Below are positions 1 to 13,631 of a DNA stretch of 64,000 nucleotides, one piece after another. Under the pieces are notes generated by a model. The model saw only the letters and a program-made list of their open reading frames with translations, did no database searches and was not told the origin of the DNA. Source of the DNA: Okamejei kenojei. Its lineage: Eukaryota. Location of the stretch: contig CM069138.1 in the NCBI GenBank assembly GCA_035221665.1, forward strand, positions 22,320,001-22,384,000. The letters run 5' to 3'. The position numbers were made by a program, and so were the translations under genes. Within the stretch, counting starts at the first letter, position 1. Each line of letters opens with the position of its first letter.

Positions 1-340
1 GGAGGAGTCACTGAGGTGGATGTTCATGTTAACATGTTTGTTGTGTGTTCTGTTGCTTTTTATTGGTCTGACTGTGTGGCAAATTAAATTCCTCGTAAGT
101 TGCAAAACATACTTGGCTAATAAAGTATGATTATGATTATGATTATGTTGTAGTCAAATAGAAAGTGTGTGTACCATTGAACAATAAAGAGGAAGTACTT
201 ATAATGGTATATGGACGCACTGATCTGTTTTGTAGACAATGCCTACTATGTTCTGTTGTGCTGAAGCAAAGCAAGAATGTCATTGTCCTATCAGGGACAC
301 ATGACAATAAACTCACTTGAACTTTAACTTGAACTTGAAG
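1..340 (+). mobile_element. Two LINE 3' ends (Rex/Babar- or L2-type tails)
   Basis: AATAAA plus (TATGAT)n tail to ~146. The tail attgtcctatcagggacacatgacaataaa+(CTTGAA)n recurs at 45760-45812 and 48200-48250, where it follows an RT fragment. Confidence 0.55.
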
Positions 341-519
341 TACAGAGTAGTTTAGCAATGTTCAAGGTGAATACTTTGTCAGCCTAAATGTTAAATGCAG
401 CAAAATAAAAATTTATGAAGACCTTGTCCATAATGTTTTAATTCTCTGGCTGCAGGATTGATGCAAGCAGTGTCCTGTTGTTTCAACAGCGGGGTTGGGA
501 TGAGGAAGTTAATTATTAC

Positions 520-790
520 AGGGCAGCACAGTGACAGGTAGAGCTGTTGCCTCACAGCATCAGAGCTCCGGGGATCAATCCTAATCTTGGGTTATGTCTG
601 TGTGGAATTTGCATGTGACCACATGGGTTCCCACGGAGTGCTCTGGTTTCTTCCTACATTACAAAGAGTGATTTTTAAGTTTAATTGACCTTTGGTTTAA
701 TGTGGTTTAGAGATACACCGAGTCTGCACTGACCAACAATCTCAGCACATTAACACTACCCTACACACACTAAGGACAATTTTATATTTA
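520..790. mobile_element. Degraded tRNA-derived V-SINE/HE1-like SINE fragments (both orientations)
   Basis: ggtagagctgttgcctcacagc...gatcaatcct head and ctctggtttc core; similar to 5968-6258. Confidence 0.55.
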
Positions 791-791
791 T

Positions 792-3700
792 ACTAGACCA
801 AGCTGGGGGGAGGGGGGGGGGGGGGGGGCGGGGGTGGGGGCGGTCTGCGGCAACACACACACACACACTGACCATCCACCACACACTCACACACTAACCA
901 GCCCCTCACTCACACACACACTAACCACCCCCTTGATATTATATTAATATCATTAATTTGCTCCGTTTACCCTATTCCCCTGCCCAATCACGCATAGCCC
1001 CCAACTCGCACGCGTGGCTAGAGAGGGAGGGGGGTAGAGACAGAGAGAACAGAGGCACAGAGAGGGCAGAGGCAGAGAAAGGGCAGAGGCACAGAGAGGG
1101 ATGGGGGGGGGGTAGAGAGAGAGAGGGCAGGGAGAGAGGGGGCAGAGACTGAGAGAGAGGTGCAGAGACACAGGCAGAGAGGCAGAGAGAGAGAGGGGAA
1201 GAGAGAGAGGGGTAGAGACAGAGAGAGAGTGCGGGGAGGGGGGAGAGAGAGGGGGAGGGGGAAGGGCGGGGGAGAGAAGGGGGAGAGATGGGGGAGAGAG
1301 GATGAGAGAGGGTGTGTTTGTGTGTGTGGTCAGTAGCAAAGATCCTGTAGGATCTTTGGTCGGTAGATGCAGCAGATGCTTCGGTCAAGGCTTTCCAGGT
1401 GAGTGACCAAACCCTCTGGCGACTCATGGAAACCTTGGGTGGGGCGCAAGGTCACCAGAGGTTTCTGTTCAGGTTTCCTAAGTGGGACTGGGGCATTACT
1501 ATTAAANNNNNNNNNNNNNNNNNNNNNNNNNNNNNNNNNNNNNNNNNNNNNNNNNNNNNNNNNNNNNNNNNNNNNNNNNNNNNNNNNNNNNNNNNNNNNN
1601 NNNNNNNNNNNNNNNNNNNNNNNNNNNNNNNNNNNNNNNNNNNNNNNNNNNNNNNNNNNTCAACACGGTAACGATAAAATATTTACATATTCCGGTAAAC
1701 ATTTTCCCGTGGTCCAAAAAACTACTTATCTGAAAATGTCATGCTTTATTTCTCGACATTACTGAAAGAGTTTAAAAATATGAGAAAACTTTGAATTAAA
1801 AAATGACTGCCTTTCGCTGATGATATCACAATGGGTCTGCTCTGCGCAACGTTCTTCCACTCGCTGCGAGTGATGTCACCCCCTGAGCCCCTGTTATTCA
1901 AAAGACGCAGAAAGAACAAGCATGTCAACCCTGTACTGAAAACTGTGGCAGCCCAACTTTGGTCGATGCCCGCCCATCCACCTACCTGCCTGCCCGTCTC
2001 TGGCACGTCTCGGTTGTCTTTGGACTGCCTCGGGTCGCTCGGGTCCGTCTCAGGTTGCNNNNNNNNNNNNNNNNNNNNNNNNNNNNNNNNNNNNNNNNNN
2101 NNNNNNNNNNNNNNNNNNNNNNNNNNNNNNNNNNNNNNNNNNNNNNNNNNNNNNNNNNNNNNNNNNNNNNNNNNNNNNNNNNNNNNNNNNNNNNNNNNNN
2201 NNNNNNNNNNNNNNNNNNNNNNNNNNNNNNNNNNNNNNNNNNNNNNNNNNNNNNNNNNNNNNNNNNNNNNNNNNNNNNNCTTGCTCTGTTCTCTCTCTCT
2301 GCCTCTCTGTCTCTCTCTCTCTCAGCCTCCCCTCTCTCTCTCAGCCCCTCTCTCTCTCTGCCCCTCTCACTCTGCCCCACTCTGTCCCTCTCTCTCTCTC
2401 TCTGCCTTTCTCTCTCTGTCTCTGCCCCCTCTCTGTCTCTGCCCTCTCTCTGTCTCTGTCCTCTCTCTGTCACTGCCCTCTTTTTGTCTCTGCTCTCTCT
2501 CTGTCTGCCATTTCTCTGTCTGCCATCTCTCTGTCTCTGCCCTCTCTCTGTCTCTGTCCTCTCTCTCTCTCTCTCTGCCCTCTCTCTCTACCCCCTCACT
2601 CTAGCCTCTCTCTCAGTCTGTGCCTGCGTGTTGGGGGCTATATGTGAGTGGATAGGGTGGGGACCGGTAAAAGGAGCGAATAAATAATATTAATATAATA
2701 TCAAGGGTGTAGTTAGTGAGTGTGGGGTGGATGGTTAGTGTGTGTGTATGTGATGCCGCAGCCCCCCCCACCCCCTCCCCACTGCAACAACGCATTGAGG
2801 GGATGGGACCCAATGTGGAAGCCAAAGCTACATCTGAAAATGTTATGGTTTATTTCTCAAGTTACTACTGAAAATGCAAAAAAATCTGACAAAACTTTGA
2901 ATTTAAAAGCGACTGTCTTTCGCTGATGACATCACAATGGCACTACCCCCTTCCCTCTCTGCCCCCCTGCTCCCTCTCTACCCCCTCCCACTCTCTCTCA
3001 AGTGGGAGGGGGTAGAGAGGGAGCGGGGGGGGGGCGGGGGGGGCAGAGAAGGAAGGGGATAGTGCCATTGTGATGTCATCAGCAAAAGACTGTTGCTTTT
3101 TGTGCCTTTTGCCCCAGCCCACCCTCAGCCCCTGCCCACCCTCTGCCACGCCCTCCCTCTGCCCCAGCCCTCTCTAGCTGTGCCTCACTATCTGCCCCTC
3201 TGTCTGTGCCCCTCTGTCTCTGCCCCTCTCTCTCTGTTTGGCCCTCTCTCTCTGTCTCTGCCTCTCTCTCTCTGTCTCTGCCTCTTTCCCTCTGCTTCTG
3301 CCCCCCTCAATCTGTCTCTGCCCCTCTCTCTCTGTCTCTGCCCCTCTCTCTATGTCTCTGCCCCCTCTCTCTCTGCCCCCCTCTCTCTGCCTTCTCTCTA
3401 CACACGCCCTATCTAGCCGCACCCGCGCAGTTGGGGGCTATGCGTGAGTGGATGGGGGTGGGTGATGGGGTCAAAGGAGCGAATGAATAATATTAATATA
3501 ATATCAACGGGGGTGGTTAGTGTGTGTGTGGGGTCATTAATGTGTTTGTGTGACGCTGCTGGCTGCCCCCCGCCCCCCCAGTCGCAGCCACGCTTTGAGT
3601 GGACGTGATCCAACGGTTTCCACTTGGCCTAGTATCTATACACTTAANNNNNNNNNNNNNNNNNNNNNNNNNNNNNNNNNNNNNNNNNNNNNNNNNNNNN

Positions 3701-5620
3701 NNNNNNNNNNNNNNNNNNNNNNNNNNNNNNNNNNNNNNNNNNNNNNNNNNNNNNNNNNNNNNNNNNNNNNNNNNNNNNNNNNNNNNNNNNNNNNNNNNNN
3801 NNNNNNNNNNNNNNNNNNNACTACGTGCTACCGGTAACATTTTTATATATTCCGGTAGAGATTTTTCCCATGGAGTCCAAAGCTGCCTTATCTGAAAATG
3901 TCATGCTTTATTTCTCGACATTAGTGAAAATGTTAAAAAATCTGACAAAACTTTGAATTTTAAAACGACTGTCTTTCGCTGATGATGTCACAATGGGTCT
4001 ACGTGCCCTTCCTCCTCGCGCAACGAGTGACGTCACCGCCTCCCCCCCGACCTTGGATGATCAGCCATGATCATATTGAATGGCGGTGCAGGCTCGAAGG
4101 GCTGAATGGCCTACTCCTGCACCTAATTTCTATGTTTCTATGTTTATATGACCTCTCCCAACATGTTCCAATATTGGAGGAGTTCAGATCCAGGGGCCAC
4201 ACAGTTTAAGAATAAGGGGCAAGCCATTTAGAACAGGGATGAAGAAACATTTTATCACACAGAGTGTTGTTGGTCTGTGGAATTCTTTGCCTCAGAGGGC
4301 GGAGGAAGCCAGTTCTCTGGAAGCGTTCAAGAGAGTGTTAGATAGGGCTCTTAAAGATAGCAGAGTCAGGGGCTATGGGGAAAGGCAGGAACAGGGTACG
4401 GATTGTGAATGATCAGGTATGATCATATGGAATGGTGGTGTTGGCTCGAAGGGCTGAATGGCCTACTCCTGCACCCATTGTCTATGTTTTTATGTTTCTA
4501 TGTTACGCCCCAGTTATTCAAGACCCTGCCCACCCCCACTCCAAAAGACGCAGAAAGAACAAGCAAGTCGTGCCCACCCCGTTCACGGAGTCCACGTCCC
4601 CCCCTCTCTGCCCTCGTTGGGGGTACGGGACCAAGCTGTCGGGTCCTCACGTTGGGTCCTCAGGTCGGGTCAGGTCCTCTCTCTCTGCCCTCCCTCTCTA
4701 TGCCCTCCCTCTCCCTGACTTCCCTCTCTCTGTCCTTCCTCGATCTGCCCACCTTCTCTCTGCCCCCTCTGCCCCGCTCTCTGCCTCCACATCTGCCCTT
4801 CTCTCTCTGGCCCCCTCTCTCTATCCCCCTCTCTCTCTGCCCCCCTCTCTCAGCCCCCCCCTCTCTCTGCCCCCTCTCTCTCTATCCCCTCTCTCTCTGC
4901 CCCCTCTCTCTCCGCCCCCTCCCTCCCTCTGCCATCTTTCTCTCTCCGCCCCCTCCCCCTCTCTCTGCCCCCCATCCCACTCTCTCTCTAAACGTGCCTG
5001 CGAGTGGGGGGTATGCTTGAACGGACAGGGCGTAGGTTGGGGTAAAAGAGTGAATTAATAATATTACCATAATATCAAGGGGAGTGGTTACTGTGTGTGT
5101 GTGTGGTGATGGTGGTTAGTGTGTGTGTGATGCCCCCCGCCCCCCTCCCCTCCCCCTCAACCACGCCTTGAGGGGACGGGACCCAACGGGTCCCACTTGG
5201 TTTAGTAACTATTAAAAGTCTAATCTTGTATGTGGATGTATTTGTTTGTGTGTTTGTTTGTGTATAATCACATTTTCACAAAAAAATATCATGGTAACGA
5301 TAAAACAATTGCATATTTCGGTAGATATTTTTCTCGTGCTGTCCAAAACTGTCACTGCCTTCTGTGTGTCTCTGCTCTCTCTGCCCTCTCTGTATCTGCC
5401 CTCTCAGTCTCTGCGCTCTCTGTCTCTGCCCCCTCTCTCTACCCTCCTCCCTTTCTAGCCTGTGAGTTGGGGGCTATGCATGAGTGGCTAGGGCAAGGGA
5501 TGGGGTAAAAGGAGCGAATGAATAATATTAATATAATATCAAGTGAGGTGGTTTGTATGTGTGTGTGGGGGGGGGGGGGGGGGGTGGGGTGGTTAGTGTG
5601 TGTATGTGTGGGGGTGTTTA
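792..5620. mobile_element. Head-to-tail array of non-autonomous Helitron-like elements with (CT)-rich interiors
   Basis: About 5 related units share the blocks ggtaacgataaaa...tatctgaaaatgtcatg (1667, 3833, 5293) and aaaggagcgaat.aataatattaatataatatcaaggg. 3' ends have a hairpin gggacccaacgggtccc followed by acttggY(C/T)TAG (3632, 5206). An inverted unit ends at 792. Three N gaps. Confidence 0.55.
4035..4500 (+). mobile_element. CR1 LINE 3' fragments nested in the Helitron-like array
   Basis: Matches the reverse complement of the CR1 3' end at 35591-35920; (TTTCTATG)-type tail. Confidence 0.8.
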
Positions 5621-5967
5621 ATGGTTAATCATGCCAACATGACCATTTATTCTGCCCACACTGATTTTTTACTTCATTATCAGTTTCCTATACTCGTTCA
5701 TATTCTGTGACAACATGAATATCTTAAAATATATGTCTGATATACTTTGTGTTGCTTACAACCCCACGTGTTTAATTTCAAAGATTCACAACCTTCTGAA
5801 AACATTTCTTTTCATATCTGAGAGTGAGAAAATCCTTATTTTTGAACCTGATTCAGGTTCAAAATAAGAACCTTAATGCATATTTATTAAAACTTTGATT
5901 CTTGGTTCAGATAACCCACACAGGGGAAATATCAAATTATATTTACTCTACCAGGTCCGAGCGGATT

Positions 5968-6258
5968 GCACGGCGGTGCAGCGGTAGAGTTGCTGCCTTA
6001 TAGCCCTAGAGACCCGGATTCGATCCTGACTACAGGTGCTGTCTGTACGGAGTTTGTACTTTCTCACCATGGCCTGTGTGGGTTTTCTCCGAGTGCTCCA
6101 GTTTCCTCACACACTCCAAAGACATACAGGTTTGTCAGCTAATTGGCTTGGTAAAATTGCAAATTGTCCCTAGTGTGTAAGATAATGTTAGTGTGCGGTG
6201 ATCACTGGTCAGTGCAGTCTTGGTGGGCTGAAGGGCCTGTTTCTTCATTGTATCTCTA
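5968..6258 (+). mobile_element. tRNA-derived V-SINE/HE1-like SINE
   Basis: A box (ggtgcagcggtaga), B box (ggattcgatcc), central gggttttctccg..tgctcc.gtttcctc.cacactccaaagac domain and LINE-like 3' end gaagggcctgtttc...tgtatctctaaa. Confidence 0.8.
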
Positions 6259-6618
6259 AACATAACAAAATATTTGGCAGGTTTCAAAGGGATCACATTA
6301 TATGTAATTCAGAAGCATAGACCTAATGAGACCTAATCTTCATTTTTATACGACGACCCGTCCCCACCATCTCTGGAAACATTGTGGTCAACCTGTGGTC
6401 ATGTACGGAGACCACACTTGTAAAATCCTGTCATATGATCACATTGTAATGGTTTGGATTAGATTGGATTTGGTATGATTAATATGTTTGAAGATGACAC
6501 CATAATTGGTGGTAGAATGAATAGTGAAGAAGGTTATCTAACATTACAGCAGGATCAAAGTCAACTGGGAAAGTGGGCCAAGGAATGGTAGATGGAATGG
6601 CGAAGTGTTGTATTTTGA

Positions 6619-6740
6619 AAACTGCACTTGAATTTGGTGGCCTTGCAACCTGCTTGAAATGGTATGAAACTGCACTTGAATTTGGTGGCCTTGCACCCTG
6701 CTTGAAATGGTATGAAACTGCACTTGAATTTGGTGGCCTT
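6619..6740 (+). repeat. 48-bp minisatellite, left part (continues at 17655-17750 after the L1 insertion)
   Basis: Unit aaactgcacttgaatttggtggccttgcaccctgcttgaaatggtatg, ~2.5 copies on the left and ~2 on the right. Confidence 0.85.
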
Positions 6741-9700
6741 CACTTCCGGTGGCGCCATGTAGCAGTAAGAGGAGCTCCTTTTAGCTCCGCTCCAAAAAAC
6801 GGGTTAAAACACGCTAAAATACCCGAAAAAGAAAAACGGACTGAATAAGAAACACTTACCGGCAGATGCTCGATGTTGCGTAAGTGACGTCATCAGAGAT
6901 CGACGCATACTGAAACATCCCAGACATAAGATATGGAATATTGTATCTTGCCAAATTAAGGGTCACATACGGACAATCGGAGAGTTTCTTCATCGACCCA
7001 GAAGATGCATTTAAATACGCGCAAGATTTAAAAAAGGACTAAAAGGGATAAGTAGATAAGTAATATTTGGCATAGCTCTGTATGATTAGCAGGGCTAGGG
7101 CCTACTGAACCTTCACTGAACCTGTTTATTAAATCGTGTGTTTACCTTACACATTTTATATGTATTTATAAGGGGTAGACTGATATAATGTGTTTTTAAA
7201 AAAAAGATATATATAAAAACCTGCATATAAGATGGCCAACAGATTCACAGGCGGTTAAGTCTAGACATACTTATCAGAGATAGATTGGAATGTATGCGGG
7301 GTGAATGTTCAAGTTCCCCGAGGAGAGTGTTCAAGATCTTTGAACAACTCAGCAGTGAAAACAATTTAAACATATGGTAACAACATAATATACTACCAAA
7401 TGATATATCTAAAGCTATGTTGATCACATAAAATACTAACAGACATACTAAACCGTTTATTTTAACCTAAATACCTAATACTAACCCATTTATTTTAATC
7501 CAATACCTAATAGTTAGGAGATTTACTCATTCTAGGTAATGGTCAATGTATTGGTTTATATTTAAAATATGGTTAATATCTATCCGATTGGGGGGGTTGG
7601 AATTTCCAGCAATTACCAGGTCAGAGCGAGAGGGAATATGTTAGAAAGTTGGTAGAGGAGGGGTAAGGGAATCAATAGTTAGGAGCGAAGGGGGTAGAGG
7701 AAGGTGATGTGAGATGGGGAAACAGTAGGTTATTGTAGGTTGTATTTAGTGTGGACTATCGGGGGGACTCAGAGGAGAGTAAGTTGCAGGGTGGCTCTAG
7801 CAGAGGAAGAGGGATCAAGCCGGTGAAGATGGGTATTGGCAAGTGGTAGTATGTGGTGAGGAGGTTTAGAAGAGTATTAGACTGATAGGGAAGCGGTGGG
7901 ATCGTTGAAGGCAGTTTGAGAAGGGAGGAGAGAGAGAGAGAGTTCTCATTCTGCCGGTGAGATTGCTGGAGGTTCTAATTGACACCTTCAAGCCTGACCA
8001 GTTATGTATTTAACATACTAATATCAATAAGCAAAACTTTTTTATTTAAATAGTGTATTTAAATAGTAAATACCCACTTAGAGGCAAGCTATAAGAAGAA
8101 ATGTAACTCTCTCAGAGGAAATTATTTACGGTCTGCTTTCTGTTTTTTCTTTTTACATAATATCTTGTTCAGCCCGTTTTTTCTTGCAATATTATTCTGT
8201 AAGGGGCGGAACTAAATGTAATTAACATCCATGGGAGCTCACATGAAATATCCCACCAGGAGGTGGGCTGCACGCACAGTGTCTTTAAGCAGTGTTTTTT
8301 TGTATTATTTACGTTATTTAGCACTTTTTTTGCTTATTCTTCTCAAGCCACTTTTTCTTGTGATATACCCGCAGGGTTTTGTAATTGGGATCACCCACCC
8401 AGTAACCAGAAGTTTGACTTGATATACTGTGTTGCCCCATCTGAAGACGACCCTCTGAAGATAACTGGAGGGATCACATTTTGTAGTTGGAATATTATGG
8501 GCGTTAATGAGCCAATTAAAAGGGGTAAGGTTCTTGCTCAATTAAAACCGATTAATGTCGATATAATATTTTTACAGGAGATGCACCTCAAAGATCGATC
8601 TTATATCAGGCTGAAGGCTCTGGATTGGTTAAATATATCACTCCTCTTTTCTCTCCAAAACCAGAGGTACTGCAATTATAATCCGTAAGGGTATACCATT
8701 TAAACATAAAACCACCATAGCAGATAAAGATAGTAGGTACGTTATAGTATCTGGGAAGATATATTCTACCCCACTTACTAGGGTGAATATCTATGCTCCC
8801 AACTTTGATAATCCACAATTTTTTAATAAAATGTCTAATATAATCTCAGATTCCACCCAGCTAAACCTAATAATCGAGAGAGATTTCAATTGTGTTTTGG
8901 ATCAATATTTGGATAAATCCTCACAAAAGAGATATAACACAAAATCAAAATCCAGTGAACCCCTGAATACATACATTAAAAAAACAAATATAACAGACGT
9001 ATGGAATAGCAAATCCATCCGGAAGAGAATATTCCTTTTATTCATCCGTACATAAAACTTACACACGTATTGACTATTTTCTGGTGGACACAAAATTAAC
9101 ACCTTTTACAACTAATCCCAAATATCATAAAACTAGAAGGAATGTACAATAAAAAATCATTCTGGAGGGCTAATCCCCAAATACTAACTAACCCAGTTTG
9201 CTGTGAATATTTAAAACAACAGATGATACTCCAGGTATTTTGGCTTAATTATTATGGGAATCCTTTAAGACCTTTATTAGAGATTCGATCATTTCATATC
9301 AAGCATATCAAAACAAAAAGAACAGGATGGAACAATTGCAATTACAAGAACAGATCAGACAGCTGGATTCAGAAAATGCGACAAATCCGTCTATGGATAA
9401 ACATAATAAGTTAGCAGTATTAAAATTCAAGCTAAATCGAATTCTCTCTGCAAGAGTTATCAGGCTATTTCAAATTACTAAACAGGAAAACTTTGAATTC
9501 GGCGAGAAACCGTATAAACTTCTAGCACGTCAGTTGAGAAAAGTGGAAAAGGACCATACTATTAAACAAATCAGATCGGAAAAAGATTTGCCCAATTCTA
9601 TCAAAATGTACATACATCCAAAACATCAACAGAAACGAGAACAATTACAACCTTCCTTGATAACTGTAATCCTCCATCACTTAACGTGGCGGAACGTGAT

Positions 9701-10399
9701 GAATTTGGAGCACAGATTACAATTAAAGAAATCAAAGAGACAATCAATTCATTGAATAATGGCAAAATACCAGGCCCAGATGGGTTTAGTAATGAATTTT
9801 ATGAAAAATGTTATGATGTAATCGCCCCCGCGTTTACATAACCTTTGTACACCTGCATTTAAAGAACAGACGCTACCACAAGCCTTAGCCGAATCAACTA
9901 TTACACTGATACCAAAAAGAAGATAAAGATCTGGAAGACCCGGGATCATACAGAGGAATTGCCCTGTTAAATACAGATCAGAAAATATTTGCTAAAACCC
10001 TGGCAAATATATTAAGTAAATATGTTAATAAATGAATATATTCGGATCAAACGATAAAGGAAGACTTATCAATTATTTCATTAGATGCAGAAAAAGCACT
10101 TGACTAAGTAGCATGGAAATATCTTTTTACAGTATTGCAAAAATTCCAGTTGGTGGAACATTTTATTTCATGGATAAAATTGCTATATGACAAACTGTTG
10201 CCAGAATACTGACTAATCATGTACTCTCATCTAAATTTCAACTATCCGGGGCAATAGACAGGGATGTGCATTATCACCCCTGTTATTTGCCCTCGCGATT
10301 GAACCTTTAGCAGAAAGTATAAGAGTAAATCCAAATATTCATGGCTATAACACTAAATATTCTAATAATAAAATATCATTATATGCAGATGACGTATTA

Positions 10400-10866
10400 A
10401 TAGAATATTGATTGGCCTTGAGGGGGATACAAACATATATTGCCTGAAGTAGATTCATATTGCCCGAGTCGAAGACGAGGGCAATATGGATCTAGTGAGG
10501 GCAATATATGTCATATCCCCCGAAAGAGGACAGTCAATATTGTTATTATTACCCATATCAGACATCTAGAGGAAAATCTTCTGTCAAAAGTCGCGAACCT
10601 CTTCTCGCAGGAGGCTGCCATTTTGCTTGTTTTGTCGAGAACAAATTCTAAATTTCCCACGCAGCGCCACATTGCCAAGTTCCCGGATGTGAGACCAGGG
10701 GAATATAAGACTATATTTCCCGCTGTTTTAACAGGTAAAGTCCATAGGCGTTCGCAAGAAAGGGGAATACAAGAAAATATTCCCCTGTTACCCCTGCTGG
10801 CAGTAAAAACGAAGGGAATACAATTTTGTAAAAGCATACCTCAGATGTGTGATATGGGTAATAATA
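10400..10866. mobile_element. 467-bp non-coding insertion with a terminal hairpin and an internal region complementary to both ends
   Basis: Splits L1 RT codons DDVL|LYIT with a TA duplication. 10398-10465 is inverted against 10479-10548, and 10544-10567 is inverted against 10843-10866. Confidence 0.75.
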
Positions 10867-12662
10867 CTTTATATCACCAATTCCCAAGTTAGCATTCCAA
10901 GTATACTAAATCTTATAGAGGAATTTGGCTCCTTTTCAGGATATTGAATAAATTGGAACAAAAGTGAAATCATGTCAATAAAACCTGAAGATCTGACGCA
11001 CCTTCTAAAATTCCCTTTTAGAATTGCTACGGAAAAAATTAAATATCTTGGAGTGTACGTAACTAGTAAATACACTTCTTTATTTCAAGCAAACTTTCCT
11101 CCATTAATTACCAAACTAAATGCCCTTACTCAATTTTGGAAAATGTTTCTGATGTCTCTCATAGGCAGAATCAATGCCATAAAGATGATCTTCAAATCCT
11201 GTACTTATTTCAATCAATTTATCTTCCTAATTTTTTAAAAAATAAACTTGACACTCTGATCACAAACTTTATTTGGGATTATAAAACACACAGAATCTAT
11301 AAACAGCATCTATGTAAACCCAAAGAAATCGGCGGATTGGTTCTCCCCAATTTTTAATACTATTACTGGGCAACGAATATTAAAAACTTAATCTATTGGA
11401 TGGACAACACATGCCAACAGGTAAAATGGTTAATAATGAAGGGAGGGGATTGTTAGCTATCTAATATAGGCGTGATTCTTCTCTCTCCAATACATTTGAA
11501 GAAAACACTATGTGAGAAAAATCCAATTATCCAAAGTACCCTACGAATCTGGAAACAAGTGGTCAACCCTTAAACTGAAAAATCTATCTCTTCTCTCACC
11601 AATTGCCAACAACCCTTCATTCAAGCCGTCTATTTAAGCAAAACATTCACACATTGGGAAAGATTAGGAATTAAAAAACTGGGAGATCTTTATGAGATGG
11701 GAACTCTTCTCTCATTTCAAGAATTACAGTTGAAATATCATCTGAAAGGTAGCCAATATTTTAGATACCTTCAAATCTGATAAATCATATATCCAAGACT
11801 ATCAATCTACGTTGCCAGACACACCAAACGAATGTATGCATAGAAACTCGGATTCAAACAAGTTAATATCATTAAAAACACCCTTTTAAATATACAAACC
11901 CCATCGACAGAAGCAATTAGAAGAGCTTGGGAAGGTGAGCATGGCCTAAAAATCTTAAAAGATAGATGGGATGAAAACCTTCTATATATACACAACTGTT
12001 CTCTTAATGTTAGGCATTCGTTAATTAAATTTAAAATACTGCACAGACTCTATTATTCAAAGTCTAAACTGAATAAGATCTTTCCAAATGTATCTCCTAT
12101 TTGTGATAAATGTCTCCTTCAGGAAGCAACTATAACCCATTCCTTTGCCTCCTGTATAAAATAGTAAGATTAAATGAGAACTTACCAGTTCGAAGTTTGA
12201 TCTGTATTTTATGAGGAGTTACGATGAGGGATTACGTGAAGACCCCGTCCAGCACGCATGCGCGACATTTCTTCAAAGCAGCGGTGTGGATTCACAGAAA
12301 ACACAACAATTGAAATAAATATAGTAAAGAAAAAATAAGAACTTAATTACCAGTTGATCTGTATAATAGAGGGTGGGAGCGGAGGGCACGTAATCCTCAT
12401 CGTAGCTCCTCATAAAATACAGATCAAACTTCGAACTGGTAAGTTCTCATTTAATCTTACTATTTTACTTCGGAGTCACGTGAGTGACTACGTGAAGACT
12501 TCAAAGCTCTGTGAATCCGAACCGTGTACCAGCTCATGCTTCACTCACTGCCTGAAGACCTTAGAGGGAGGAAGCATGTTATACAATCAACAATAACCTG
12601 TTTGTGAACAAAAAAGGTTTATTAATAACAACAAAAAAACAGAGAGCTCCCCCGGGCTTAAA

Positions 12663-13631
12663 TTAAATATTATCTGCAGACTCTAAAATTCTGTCTGCAA
12701 ATGTAGCAGGCTCCGCCAGCGGCTTATTATAAAACCTTTGGAAAGTTCTTTCCGAGGACCATCCTGCTCTGGCCAGAATATGGTCCATAGGCACATCCAT
12801 TTGCCTAGCCGCCGACGTCGATGCAGCCCTGGTGGAATGAGATTTGTACACATTAGTATCGATTCCCGCGGACTTAAGCACCTGCTTGAGCCACCTTGAA
12901 ATGGTTTGGCTCGTCACCTGACCATGAGGCTTCTTGTGGCTTATCCATAAGGCTTTTTCTCTCCCTCTTAAGTTATATGTTGTGTCTATGTAGTTGGCGA
13001 GATGGGTCTTGGCACACAACCGTGGGTCAGGTGAATATGCCCGGAACTCCATAACTGGAGGCGTGGTACCTGGTCTAGATTGTTTGACCAGCCCCTGAAT
13101 GTGAAATGTGATACAGTCCAATGACTCTGTCATGCTGTCCAGCCTCAGAAGGTGGAGGGACTGTACCCTTTGAGCTGACACTAGAGCCATGAGCATGACT
13201 GATTTCAGTGTAAGTTGTTCCAGAGTAAGTGACCTGGGTGGTGGCCATCCCCTAAGGTACGTCAGTACTATGCTGACATCCCAGATCTGAGTGTACCTAG
13301 GCCTAGGGGGATTGGGAAAAATGCCCCAATTTTGGCCAGTGGATGGGACCCCAGTCAGTTGTCCTGCTGCTGGAACAAAATAAGCTGACAACGCACTCCT
13401 GGCTGTATTAATGGCGCTGTAGCTGAGTCCTTCCCGATGTAATCCAAGCAGAAACTCCACAACACTGGTGGCTGTAGCTGTGGTGTAGGTAGTTCCTGTT
13501 TTGGAGCAATACCGTTCCCATTTTCTTATATTGGTCAGGTATTGTCTCCTGGTGGACTCCGGTGAGATGCGGTCATCATGTTGATGGCGTCCTCAGACAG
13601 TCCCAGGCCCAGTAGAGGTCTTTTTTAGAAT
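12663..13631 (-). pseudogene. DIRS tyrosine recombinase (two compensating frameshifts in the 5' part)
   Basis: SAQRVQSL, HSTRAASTS and AGWSSERTFQRFY catalytic boxes. Confidence 0.9.

Noticed and set aside
953-5508. Many long Leu/Ser/Pro- or Arg/Glu-rich ORFs and ORFs spanning N runs
   Set aside because: Translations of CT/GA microsatellite and assembly gaps; not genes.
6619-6740. CRISPR-like repeat array
   Set aside because: Contiguous 48-bp tandem units without unique spacers, in eukaryotic DNA.
10440-10892. 150-aa ORF in the L1 insertion
   Set aside because: Non-ATG start, no motifs, runs through hairpin DNA; likely chance.
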